From Planctomycetota bacterium (lineage in GTDB: Bacteria; Planctomycetota; Planctomycetia; Pirellulales; UBA7805): DNA of 32,000 bases. Below the pieces are notes generated by a model, which was not told the DNA's origin, did no database searches, and was given only the letters and a program-made list of their open reading frames with translations. This document shows positions 1 to 9,207 of this stretch, in pieces. How positions within the stretch are numbered: position 1 is the first letter of the stretch; every line of letters begins with the position of its first letter. The position numbers and the translations under genes were made by a program. The stretch covers positions 49,479 to 81,478 of the forward strand of contig JAIOPX010000146.1 of assembly GCA_021413705.1 (NCBI GenBank), read 5' to 3'.

Positions 1-27
1 GCAAAGCCCGGCATCCTGGCAGCGATC

Positions 28-3000
28 ATGCGCCGAGAGTGCCCCGGGCTCGGCGCTACGGCCCGAGGCACGCACGACCGTCCCATGGGGCGGCTCATCG
101 GGCAGGCATTGGATCAAGCCGGCATTCGGCCGTCACTCCGCCATCAAAAGGTCGGCGATTACATCCTGGAACAACAAATTGGCGAAGGGCCAGGCTTCCA
201 GGACTGGCGTGGCACACATGCCCAGCTCCCCGAATCCAAGCGGCGGGTGCGTCTCTATCTAGTCCGCACTGGTGCCACGGCGCAAGAACGACAGACCCTG
301 GATCGAGCCGCCCGGCGAGAGTTTCAGTTGCTGGAAACCCTCCAGCATCCGGGCATTTTGCGGGCACTCAATTTCACGGGGCATGAACTCGGTCCGGCCC
401 TGTTCTTCGAGCACTATCCGTTAAGCATCCGGTTGGACCATTACCTCGCCCAACAGAAAGACAAACTGAGTGACGATCGACGCCTTGATCTTCTTCGCCA
501 AATTGCCGAGGTCGTTCGCTACGCCCACGACAAGAAAGTGGTCCATCGCGCTCTGTGCCCGCAGAGCATCCTGATTGCCGATCCTACCAGCGACAACCCG
601 CGGATCAAAATCTTCAACTGGCAGGCCGGCTATCGGGCCGGGGCCGGCTCATCCGGTGTGTCGCACATCATCAGCGCCACATCGCACGTGGACCGGCTGG
701 TTGAGGACGCCAGCACAGCCTACATGGCCCCCGAAGCGCTCTCCGACGGCGACAACACGGGTGAGCATCTGGACGTCTTCTCGCTGGGAGCCATCGCCTA
801 CCATATTTTCTCGGGCCAGCCCCCCGCGGCCAACGGCCTGGAGCTGAACAACAAGCTCCGCGAGACGAAGGGCTTGCAGATCAGCTCCGTCCTCAATGGC
901 GCCGGCACAGCCCTTCAGTATCTTGTCCAATACAGCTCTCATCCCGAAGTGCCCAACAGAATTGACTCCGTCGTCGAACTGCTGGGTTGCCTGGACGCCG
1001 TCGAAGAAGAATTGACGACACCTGAGCACGAGTATGTCGAAGATCCCCTCCTGGCCCAGATGGGCGACAAATTGCCGGGCGGTTTCCAAGTCGTCAAGCG
1101 AATCGGCCTAGGGGCCTGTTCCGTGGCGCTCTTGGTCGAGCGGGCCGGGCAGGATTTTGTCCTCAAGGTGGCCAGCGATCCCGAACATAATCAGCGCCTC
1201 AAAGACGAAGCCGAAGTGCTGACCAAGTTGCACCATACCAATCTGGTGCAATTAAGCGAGCTGCTGGAGATCGGCGACCGGACGGCTTTCGCCATGCGGC
1301 CCGTCTTCGTGGATAAAACGGCGCGGCGAATCGAGACCCTCCGCCAACGACTCCGCAGGGATGGTCACCTCCTGATAGACCTTCTGCAAAGATTCGGCGA
1401 GGATCTGCTGGACGCGGTCAACTACTTGGAAGACCAGGGCTTGCCGCACCGGGACATCAAGCCGGACAATATCGCCGTCGGCATGCTTGGCCGCGGAGAC
1501 CGGCTGCATCTGGTGCTGTTTGACTTTTCCCTCTCCCGCACACCGCCGGAAAACATCCGCGCAGGGACGACGCATTATCTCGACCCCCTGCTGCCACTCC
1601 GCACGCCCAAACCCCGTTGGGACCTGCACGCCGAGCGTTATGCCGCGGCTGTGACGTTATACGAGATGGCCACCGGGAAGACGCCGAAGTGGGGCGACGG
1701 TGTGACCGATCCCTCGCACCTGAATTGCGAAATCACAATCGACGCCGAAGTGTTCGATGCCAATCTGCGCGACGAGTTGACGGCTTTCTTCGCCAAGGCC
1801 CTCCGCCGCGACCCGGCGCAGCGGTTCGACAATGCCGAAGAGATGCTGCGGGCCTGGCGCAATTGCTTCGAGGGAATCGAGGAGCCGGGCTCCCTGTCGG
1901 ACCACGATGACGAAACCTTGTTGCCCGGCTTGTTGGCAGAGGCGACCGAAGACACGCCGATTTCGGAATTGGGGCTGGGGACACGGGCCACGAACGTACT
2001 CGACCGGGCCAACGTCCTGACGGTCGAGGACCTGCTCACCGTCCCCATGCGCCGGCTGTCCCGGCTCCGCGGAGTGGGAAACAAGACCCGCCGCGAGATC
2101 ATGGCTGCGGTCAAAATCCTCCGCGAACGCTTGGGCAAACCAACTGGCGCCAAGACGGCCATCACGGAGGAGCCGGAGCCCCAGCCCGCCGCCACCGACC
2201 TCAACACGCTGGGTGTTGATCAGCTGGCCCAGCGGGTTTTGCGAATCGGGGGACGTGAAGGAGACACCGCGAAAGACGCGATGCACGGGCTACTCGGGCT
2301 GGACCCCGAAGTGACGGATCCCTGGCCCAGCCAAGCGGACGTGGCTCGCCGCGTCAATGTCACCCGTGCCCGTGTGGGCCAGTTGCTCGGCAAGTTCCAG
2401 GATCGCGGGTCTAAAGACCCGGCCATTACCAAGGTCCGGGATCATCTTGCCGAAATTGTCACCGTGCAGGGTGGCGTGGTGTCGGCCGGCGAATTGATCG
2501 AGGCGCTCCTGGTGGAGCGGGGATGCGTCGAAGATGAGCCAAAGCGGACGCAACTCTCTGGCGCCGTGGTACGAGCCGCAGTCGAGGTCGAGCGGACGAT
2601 GACCGACCCGCGGTACCTCGTGCGCCGTGACGGCGACAGCGTGTTGATTGCCCAGAATCAAGTGCTGGCCGAATACGCCAGCGCTCTGGGGCAGGTTGCC
2701 GACGAGTTGGCCATCGAAGATCCGTTGGCTGCTCCGAATCGCGTTGCCCAGCGGCTGCGTGAGGTCGCAGCCCCCAGTGGTTCAGCGCTCTCCGATGCCC
2801 GCCTGGTCCGTTTGGCTGTTGCCGCCTCGCGCAACGCCGCACTCTCCAGTCGCCAGGAACTTTACCCGCGCGGCATGCCTGCCGGCCGGGTGCTGACCCT
2901 CTCGCAGGGGGCGCTGCTCGGTCCGAAGCAACTGACGGTCGAAGAGATTCGCGAACGGGTTAGCAGCCGTTACCCAGGCGCCGCGCCGCTGCCCGACAGG

Positions 3001-3738
3001 CCGGCGCTGGACGAACTGCTGCGGGACGCCGGCTTTGAGTTCCGTTGGGATCCGCTCGGCAAGAACGGCCAGGGTTGTTATGAGAGCCGGCTGAGAGACT
3101 CGATTTCGGTCACCAGCGGAAGCGAGTCCTTCCCTCGCTTGCCGACATCGCCGGGGAGCGCCGAGGTTGGCGAGGTCACACCTGAGGAGGCCGATGCGCG
3201 GCAATTTGAGGAGCGACTCCAGCGGGCGGTCAAGGAAGGAGCCTTCCTGACACTGATGGTCGATCCCAAGTATTACGAGCGGGCCATGAAGGAATTGTGC
3301 CGGCGGTTCGCCGTTGAACTGGTTGAGTTGGAGGGGCTGTTTCTCGACGCCCTGCACGCCGTGGCCAACGAAGCAAAAGTCGATTGGGAGCTGGTCGTCA
3401 GGACCGACGCCGCGCCCGGCAAAGGAGACTGGGACAAGCTAATGCTATTGGTGGGTCGTGCGATGACGATCGTCGAACAGAAGCTGTCAGCGGCGGAAAA
3501 GACGGCGCTTGTCGTATATGCCGGCGTCCTGGCCCGCTACGACCGGATGGATGTGCTAAGCCATCTGTCACAGAAGGTCGGTCGCCGGGATGGGATTCCT
3601 GGTTTGTGGCTGCTGTTGCCTGGCGATCACCAAGCACTGCTCGACGGCAAGGCTGTTCCGATCCTTGGCCCCGGTCAGCGGGCGCGTATTCCCGAAGGTT
3701 GGATAATGAATATTCATAGATCCAATGGCACGATGTAA
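28..3738 (+). CDS. pglW: PglW-like Ser/Thr protein kinase of type 2 BREX (Pgl): degenerate kinase domain, canonical kinase domain, helix-hairpin-helix, HTH and a long C-terminal region
   Basis: Uninterrupted 1236-aa ORF. The first kinase-like domain is degenerate: VVHRALCPQSIL replaces HRDxKxxN and IFNWQ replaces DFG, while YMAPE and DVFSLGAIAY are kept. The second domain is canonical: glycine loop IGLGACSVA, lysine in FVLKVA, HRDIKPDNIAV, DFS, ERYAAAVTLYEMATG. ISELGLGTRATNVLDRANVLTVEDLL...LRGVGNKTRREI resembles the RpoA alpha-CTD helix-hairpin-helix. SQADVARRVNVTRARVGQLL looks like an HTH. It sits first in a pglW-X-Y-Z-brxD-brxHI array. The start is uncertain (ATG 28, or ATG 85 giving MGRLIGQ), and the upstream region is cut by the window edge. 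Confidence 0.85.
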   Translation: MRRECPGLGATARGTHDRPMGRLIGQALDQAGIRPSLRHQKVGDYILEQQIGEGPGFQDWRGTHAQLPESKRRVRLYLVRTGATAQERQTLDRAARREFQLLETLQHPGILRALNFTGHELGPALFFEHYPLSIRLDHYLAQQKDKLSDDRRLDLLRQIAEVVRYAHDKKVVHRALCPQSILIADPTSDNPRIKIFNWQAGYRAGAGSSGVSHIISATSHVDRLVEDASTAYMAPEALSDGDNTGEHLDVFSLGAIAYHIFSGQPPAANGLELNNKLRETKGLQISSVLNGAGTALQYLVQYSSHPEVPNRIDSVVELLGCLDAVEEELTTPEHEYVEDPLLAQMGDKLPGGFQVVKRIGLGACSVALLVERAGQDFVLKVASDPEHNQRLKDEAEVLTKLHHTNLVQLSELLEIGDRTAFAMRPVFVDKTARRIETLRQRLRRDGHLLIDLLQRFGEDLLDAVNYLEDQGLPHRDIKPDNIAVGMLGRGDRLHLVLFDFSLSRTPPENIRAGTTHYLDPLLPLRTPKPRWDLHAERYAAAVTLYEMATGKTPKWGDGVTDPSHLNCEITIDAEVFDANLRDELTAFFAKALRRDPAQRFDNAEEMLRAWRNCFEGIEEPGSLSDHDDETLLPGLLAEATEDTPISELGLGTRATNVLDRANVLTVEDLLTVPMRRLSRLRGVGNKTRREIMAAVKILRERLGKPTGAKTAITEEPEPQPAATDLNTLGVDQLAQRVLRIGGREGDTAKDAMHGLLGLDPEVTDPWPSQADVARRVNVTRARVGQLLGKFQDRGSKDPAITKVRDHLAEIVTVQGGVVSAGELIEALLVERGCVEDEPKRTQLSGAVVRAAVEVERTMTDPRYLVRRDGDSVLIAQNQVLAEYASALGQVADELAIEDPLAAPNRVAQRLREVAAPSGSALSDARLVRLAVAASRNAALSSRQELYPRGMPAGRVLTLSQGALLGPKQLTVEEIRERVSSRYPGAAPLPDRPALDELLRDAGFEFRWDPLGKNGQGCYESRLRDSISVTSGSESFPRLPTSPGSAEVGEVTPEEADARQFEERLQRAVKEGAFLTLMVDPKYYERAMKELCRRFAVELVELEGLFLDALHAVANEAKVDWELVVRTDAAPGKGDWDKLMLLVGRAMTIVEQKLSAAEKTALVVYAGVLARYDRMDVLSHLSQKVGRRDGIPGLWLLLPGDHQALLDGKAVPILGPGQRARIPEGWIMNIHRSNGTM

Positions 3739-3750
3739 GCATCAAAACAG

Positions 3751-4587
3751 ATGGCTCGCAAAAAGAATACCGTGACGGACGCCGTTAAGAAACTCCACAA
3801 CTCGCTTGCCGTTGCGCATTTTGTTGCATTCTCACACGATGCGTCATCAAGCCGCGACATCAAACTAGCGGAAGGGATCATCAGTGTTGGAGGTGTCGGT
3901 GCGTTGATCTCAGGAGCTGCATTCAACGGTTATGACACGAATGAATCGGATCCTGCGAAAGTGCGCATCGTGACGTATGGCGTAAAGGCAGTCCTTCGCA
4001 AGGACATTCTTCGCTTGATCGACGAAGGCAACGCTGCTGTTCAGTCAGATTCGATTGCCACTGCCTATGAGGTGATGGAGACATTCATAAAAGACTTAGC
4101 TGGCAACTTCCTGTCTTATTCCGGCAAGCACATTCCGATCGACAAGCGATTCCAAGAAAAAGCAAAGAAGTCATTTGCAAAGAACACGCCCCCATATTTT
4201 AAGGAAGTTGCAAAGGCGATGGCACGCCAGAACTGTGATGGCCTTTACAAGCTGTTTTTTAAGCACGTTGATGGGCTTGAGGAACGTGTGCGCACGTATC
4301 ATCGGGGCGATCTACATGACTCTCACCGAGCTGTCGAGGCAATTCGTCATCTGAAGACTCATGAGTTTGGGCGTTATATTCCGGCCAAAATAAAAAAGTG
4401 TCCAACAGGCGCACAACACATTGTTAAAGCGTGTGTTCGCAACAGCATCATTCACAAAACAGACTGGATACTTCCAACATTTAAGCAGGCACAAGACTTC
4501 CTCATCCGAGAAGCTGAATACGGGCAAATACTGTATCAATCTGTCAGCGAAGAACTGGGAATGAAAATTGACTACTTGCCTGGGTAA
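3751..4587 (+). CDS. Hypothetical 278-aa protein inserted between pglW and pglX; possible HEPN-type (R-H-x3-H) effector
   Basis: Clean ORF starting 12 nt after the pglW stop and ending 23 nt before the pglX start, on the same strand. It is noticeably more A/T-rich than its neighbours: single 60-nt lines I counted gave about 48% G+C here and about 58% in late pglW, which is not a window-wide calculation. C-terminal segment HRAVEAIRHLKTHEFG contains RHLKTH, matching the HEPN Rx4-6H signature with a polar residue after the Arg. I recognise no other family. Confidence 0.7.
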   Translation: MARKKNTVTDAVKKLHNSLAVAHFVAFSHDASSSRDIKLAEGIISVGGVGALISGAAFNGYDTNESDPAKVRIVTYGVKAVLRKDILRLIDEGNAAVQSDSIATAYEVMETFIKDLAGNFLSYSGKHIPIDKRFQEKAKKSFAKNTPPYFKEVAKAMARQNCDGLYKLFFKHVDGLEERVRTYHRGDLHDSHRAVEAIRHLKTHEFGRYIPAKIKKCPTGAQHIVKACVRNSIIHKTDWILPTFKQAQDFLIREAEYGQILYQSVSEELGMKIDYLPG

Positions 4588-4610
4588 CAACATCCTGTGA
4601 TAGACGACCC

Positions 4611-7600
4611 ATGATTGACCGAAAAGCATTACTAGCTGACCTCCAGGACTTGCTGCGGCAGTTGGAGGCGGACTTGCTGGAGCGCAGCGAGTCGGATGAG
4701 GTGCCGGAGGTGGGAGAGGCGCTGCGCGCAGAGTTTGCGCGGGCGCAGCAGGCGCAGCGGACGGCGCAGAACTTTGAGGACTGGCGCGCGGACGCCACCA
4801 CTCAGGCGGCGGCGGCGTGGGTACTATCGTGCGTGTTCGTGCGGTTCCTGGAAGACAACCGACTCGTCGAGCCGCCACGGATCGCCGGGCTGGGGGATCG
4901 GCTGGCGCGGGCACGCGATGAGCATGAGTTGTACTTCCGTAAACATCCTACTGAGACCGATCGACATTACCTGCTGGCTGCGTTCGATGAGTTGGCCAGA
5001 CTGCCTGGCGCGAAGGACATCTTTGGCGAGCACAATCCCTTTCGCGAGTTGCCCAATTGGCTCTCCGGCGATGCGGCTGGGGAGTTGCTGCGGTTCTTCC
5101 AGAAGATCGACGCCAACACGGGCGCGCTGGTCCACGATTTCACAGACCCGGATTGGGACACACGATTCCTGGGAGACTTGTACCAGGATCTGTCCGAAAC
5201 GACGCGCAAAAAGTACGCCCTGTTGCAGACGCCAGAGTTTGTCGAGGAGTTCATCCTCGATCGGACGCTTGATCCAGCAATCGAAGAGTTCGGGCTGGCC
5301 GGCTTTCGCATGATCGACCCGGCATGTGGCAGTGGACACTTTCTGCTCGGGAGTTTCCGTCGCATTCTGGATCGCTGGCAGAAGAAGGAGCCTGGCACAA
5401 AGGTCCGCGATCTGGTGCAAAAGGCGCTCGACAGCATTCACGGAGTGGATCTGAACCCGTACGCCGTGGTCATTGCCCGTTTCCGGCTGCTGCTGGCGGC
5501 AATGCGGGCCAGCAATATACGCACGCTGGCTGATGCACCGGCATTTCAACTCAACATTGTCTGTGGTGACTCGCTGTTGCACGGCGTTGGCGCCCAAGCA
5601 AGCCTCGGTTGGCACGAGTTCGATCATGTGTACCAGGCGGAGGACCACAAGGAGCTAGTCCAGGTTCTGAAGCCCAGCCACTACCATGCTGTGGTGGCCA
5701 ACCCGCCGTACATTACGCCGAAAGACAAGGCCATGAACGACGCCTACCGCGAGCGGTATTCAGCCTGTCACATGAAGTATTCGCTCTCGGTCCCATTCAT
5801 GCAGCGGCTGTTTCAGTTGACTGTCCGCGGAGACGGCAATGGGCAGGGGGCATCGGGTTACGTCGGCCAGATAACAGCCAATAGTTTCATGAAGCGTGAG
5901 TTCGGCAAGAAACTGATCGAGGAGTTCTTGCCCACGGTGGACCTGAGTCACGTCATCGACACGAGCGGGGCCTATATTCCCGGTCACGGAACGCCAACCG
6001 TTATCTTGTTTGGGCGAAATCGCCGTCCAATTAGCGGCACCCTCCGCACTGTCATGGGTATCCGTGGCGAACCGAGTACACCGAATGATCCAGCGCAAGG
6101 CGTGGTCTGGACTGCCATTACCGCCCAAGTGGACCAACCCGACTCACAAGGTTCGTTTGTCAGCGTCTGCGACTCGCTGAGAGACAACTTCCATAAGCAT
6201 CCGTGGTCTATTGGCGGAGGCGGTGCGGCGGAGTTGAAGGAGGAATTACATGCCGTGGCAACCAGCACTCTCGCAGCCCTAGTCGATTCGATCGGCCCGC
6301 CGAGTTTTGCAGGCGTGGATGACATGTTTTTCTCAACCGAGAATGCATTGCGCCGAGCCGGAGTTGAGCCGAACCTTATTCGTCAGCTTATCAGTGGCGA
6401 TGTTGTCCGCGATTGGGTCATTGCACGCGATATTGATTGCCTTGTTCCGTACGACAATAACCACAATCTGCTTGCCTTTGACGCCAGTGCTCCGTGGGGA
6501 CGTTATGTTTGGCTGACCAAAGCCTCATCAGAGGGGATGGTGTCATTCAACAAGCAAACACGAAGGGAACTGCGCGAACCTTGGTGGTCGTGGTATCGTT
6601 GGATTCCGGGACGATTCAAGACCCCGTATGCAATTGTTTTCGCCGAGGTGGCCACTCACAATCACTTCGCTCTGGATCGCGGGGGCAGAGTTTTCAAGCA
6701 GACGGCCCCTGTCATCAAGCTGCCCGCCGACGCAACCGAAGATGACCACCTGGCGCTACTAGGACTTCTGAACAGCTCCACAGCGTGCTTCTGGATGAAA
6801 CAAGTGTGCTTCCCCAAAGGGACAACAACTGGCGACATTAGCACGGAGAAAGGACGAGCGGAAGCAAATCGGTTTGCATTTAATTCGACGGCTCTCGAAA
6901 ACTTTCCGCTACCAAATTGGTCTGAAGCGTGTCGCCAGGAGGTTATCGCAACAGCACGTGCTATTACTTTTCGCGGTGAGCAGATTAACCAATTGCAATC
7001 ACAGCAGAGAATCGAGGAGCTACTTTCCAAAGTGGATCGGAAATTATTTCTCTCGCTGCTAGAACAAGACCGTAATGCCATTGAACGACTAAAGCGTGAA
7101 ATGGTTTTCCTCCAAGAGGAATTAGACTGGTCTGTTTACGAGGCTTATGGATTTGTTCACGGTACTATCAAGACGAATGTCAACGACGATGTGCAGCAGG
7201 CCACGAAGTCAGAGCGACCGTTCTGTGCTGATGCCGACATAGATGCGAGCATCGCACAGAGTGATGTGTGGAAATCACGACGTCAAATAATTGGAGCGGT
7301 TGACGCCATTCGGCTGATCGAGACACCGGTCTACAAGCGGCTATGGGCCGGACGCCAGGGCGTTTATGGCTTGGCGAGTAGGACAGTAGCTGAACAGCAG
7401 CGAGATCAATTGGAACAGTTGTTGCTGAGCCGATTGGAGAGCTATTTCGACTTTGATGGGCGGATGAACGAACCAAGTGGTCGGACTGCAAAATTAGGGA
7501 CGGAGCTGTCTTCTACTGCGCAGATTGCCGACATCGCGGACGGCGATTCGGACTTTCACAACCTCGGCGCTGCCCTGCAAGGCGACTTCGCCTTCGACCT

Positions 7601-8333
7601 GCCGCGGCTGGTTGCGGAACTGGTCGAATCCCAGAGTGTCCCCCTGCTGCCGATTCTCCGTTACAAGGCCAGCGGCTTGCGCAAGCGCGCCGAGTGGCAG
7701 CAGACCTGGGAATTGCAGCGTGAGGAAGATCAACTGCGCAGCCATCTCGCTGATTTGGAAGAGGAGGCCCACGCGAAGCGAGCGGAACACGACGGAGACT
7801 TGCCAAGAGACATTGAACGCATCCTTGCGTTAATCGGCAAAGATATTGCCGCTCAGAAACAGAAATGCCACGAGTTCGCGGCCGCGATACCTGTCCCGCC
7901 CAAGTACACAAGCGGTGACTTTCTCAAGAGCGACTATTGGCGCCTCCGCGGCAAACTCGACGTCCCCAAGGAACGCTGGGTCAGCTTTCCCCACTGCGAA
8001 GGCCCCGACGGCACGCTGGTCGTCGCTTGGGCCGGCTACGACCACCTGCAACTGGCCACGGCGGTCGGGCAGTACTATCAGCGCGTCAAGGACGAGTTCG
8101 GCGGCAGCGACGACCCTCGTTTGACCCCGCTCCTGGCCTGCCTGATCGAGCTGCTCCCCTGGCTCAAGCAGTGGCACAACGAAGTATCGGCCGAGTTCGG
8201 CGTCCCCATGGGCGAATACTTCGAGGGCTTCGTGCAGGAAGAAGCCCGCCAACTCGGCAAAACCCTACCGGAAATCCAATCCTGGCAGCCCCCCGCCCGC
8301 ACCAGCGGCCGCCGGCGGAGGGCCACAACATGA
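4611..8333 (+). CDS. pglX: PglX, BREX N6-adenine DNA methyltransferase
   Basis: 1240-aa ORF. SAM-binding motif I is FRMIDPACGSGHFLLGS and catalytic motif IV is VVANPPYITPKD (NPPY). Size, motif order and position after pglW fit PglX. Confidence 0.9.
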   Translation: MIDRKALLADLQDLLRQLEADLLERSESDEVPEVGEALRAEFARAQQAQRTAQNFEDWRADATTQAAAAWVLSCVFVRFLEDNRLVEPPRIAGLGDRLARARDEHELYFRKHPTETDRHYLLAAFDELARLPGAKDIFGEHNPFRELPNWLSGDAAGELLRFFQKIDANTGALVHDFTDPDWDTRFLGDLYQDLSETTRKKYALLQTPEFVEEFILDRTLDPAIEEFGLAGFRMIDPACGSGHFLLGSFRRILDRWQKKEPGTKVRDLVQKALDSIHGVDLNPYAVVIARFRLLLAAMRASNIRTLADAPAFQLNIVCGDSLLHGVGAQASLGWHEFDHVYQAEDHKELVQVLKPSHYHAVVANPPYITPKDKAMNDAYRERYSACHMKYSLSVPFMQRLFQLTVRGDGNGQGASGYVGQITANSFMKREFGKKLIEEFLPTVDLSHVIDTSGAYIPGHGTPTVILFGRNRRPISGTLRTVMGIRGEPSTPNDPAQGVVWTAITAQVDQPDSQGSFVSVCDSLRDNFHKHPWSIGGGGAAELKEELHAVATSTLAALVDSIGPPSFAGVDDMFFSTENALRRAGVEPNLIRQLISGDVVRDWVIARDIDCLVPYDNNHNLLAFDASAPWGRYVWLTKASSEGMVSFNKQTRRELREPWWSWYRWIPGRFKTPYAIVFAEVATHNHFALDRGGRVFKQTAPVIKLPADATEDDHLALLGLLNSSTACFWMKQVCFPKGTTTGDISTEKGRAEANRFAFNSTALENFPLPNWSEACRQEVIATARAITFRGEQINQLQSQQRIEELLSKVDRKLFLSLLEQDRNAIERLKREMVFLQEELDWSVYEAYGFVHGTIKTNVNDDVQQATKSERPFCADADIDASIAQSDVWKSRRQIIGAVDAIRLIETPVYKRLWAGRQGVYGLASRTVAEQQRDQLEQLLLSRLESYFDFDGRMNEPSGRTAKLGTELSSTAQIADIADGDSDFHNLGAALQGDFAFDLPRLVAELVESQSVPLLPILRYKASGLRKRAEWQQTWELQREEDQLRSHLADLEEEAHAKRAEHDGDLPRDIERILALIGKDIAAQKQKCHEFAAAIPVPPKYTSGDFLKSDYWRLRGKLDVPKERWVSFPHCEGPDGTLVVAWAGYDHLQLATAVGQYYQRVKDEFGGSDDPRLTPLLACLIELLPWLKQWHNEVSAEFGVPMGEYFEGFVQEEARQLGKTLPEIQSWQPPARTSGRRRRATT

Positions 8334-9109
8334 GGCATCCATACGTGGGTGATGTGGGTGATTTTGGCAAGTATGGATTACTTCGCGCGCTGCATCAAGA
8401 AAATGGATCACAGCGGCTTGGCGTAGTGTGGTATCTCACAGATGCTGAAGAGCATAACAAAGATGGCAAGCATGACGGCTATCTCACCACTGCGTCTGAA
8501 AAGCGCCGCGCCATTTACCGAGACTGCGACCCGGAGCTTTACGACGTTTTAAGGGCGGTACGTAAGCACCGTCAGCTCAATATCGAAATGATGGAAAACG
8601 GAAACGTTCTTCACCAATCCACGGCATTCTTCGGAACATCTTTACCGGTATTCAGGGGGAGGGTCCGCGAACAACGCGAATACAAAACTCGGTGGGAGCA
8701 ACGTGAGAAATGGCATAGCGCTGCGGTCCACTCAATGAAAAACTCGGCATGTGTTTTTACCGACCCAGATAACGGCATTCTCTTCGCCTCACGGGATTCA
8801 GTGGAACGCAGGAAGCCCTCGCATAAGCACGCCTATTGGCATGAAATTGCAGGGTATCTCTCACTGGGTATGAGTGTAGTGGCCTATCACCATCTGGGAC
8901 GACAGCGCGGAGGTCATTCCGCGTTGATCAAGGAATGCCTGAGAAAAATCGGCTATCTGGGGTTCGATGCCTGGGCGGTGCATTATCGACGTGGGACGGG
9001 GCGGGCCTTTGTGGTGATACCTGAGAAAAGCAGCGCTAAACAACTTCTTAATGGCACACGTCAATTCGTCGCGGTCTGGAAGGAGCATGCGGGCCTTGTC
9101 ACGCTTTAA
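8330..9109 (+). CDS. Hypothetical 259-aa protein translationally coupled to pglX; possible RlmJ-like Rossmann-fold protein with divergent motif IV (DPDN)
   Basis: The ATG at 8330 overlaps the pglX TGA (ATGA, 8330-8333). The track ORF 7937-9109 carries an Arg/Pro-rich N-terminal extension that lies inside pglX in another frame, so I discount that extension. N-terminus YVGDVGDFGKYGLLRAL lines up with my recollection of E. coli RlmJ HAGNHADVLKHxxL (G, N/D, D, K, H/Y, L). ACVFTDPDNGI lines up with RlmJ LIDPPYE. VVAYHHLGR and GRAFVVIPEK sit where RlmJ has YALWYPV and MIVINPPW. This alignment is by eye only. Confidence 0.7.
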   Translation: MRHPYVGDVGDFGKYGLLRALHQENGSQRLGVVWYLTDAEEHNKDGKHDGYLTTASEKRRAIYRDCDPELYDVLRAVRKHRQLNIEMMENGNVLHQSTAFFGTSLPVFRGRVREQREYKTRWEQREKWHSAAVHSMKNSACVFTDPDNGILFASRDSVERRKPSHKHAYWHEIAGYLSLGMSVVAYHHLGRQRGGHSALIKECLRKIGYLGFDAWAVHYRRGTGRAFVVIPEKSSAKQLLNGTRQFVAVWKEHAGLVTL

Positions 9110-9194
9110 TGTCGAGTATGTCTTTCGCGAATTCCCGTTGCGAGTGAAACTGAACGCGAGATGAAATCGCCTTGCCCGACACAATTTTGGAAGT

Positions 9195-9200
9195 AAGGAG
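9195..9200 (+). promoter_or_regulatory. Shine-Dalgarno (AAGGAG) for the 171-aa ORF
   Basis: AAGGAG lies 7 nt upstream of the ATG at 9208. The track's upstream start at 9172 is a TTG with no ribosome-binding site. Confidence 0.5.
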
Positions 9201-9207
9201 TACGAAA

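Noticed and set aside
8289-8294. C6 run near the 3' end of pglX, checked as a possible phase-variation tract. S. coelicolor pglX is known to phase-vary through a G tract.
   Set aside because: It is only 6 nt long and lies 13 codons from the stop. I found no homopolymer of 7 nt or more anywhere in pglX, so there is no evidence for slipped-strand switching.
7937-8329. N-terminal 131 codons of the 390-aa track ORF 7937-9109.
   Set aside because: This part overlaps pglX in another frame and translates to Arg/Pro/Gly-rich sequence. The globular sequence begins at the ATG at 8330, which overlaps the pglX stop.
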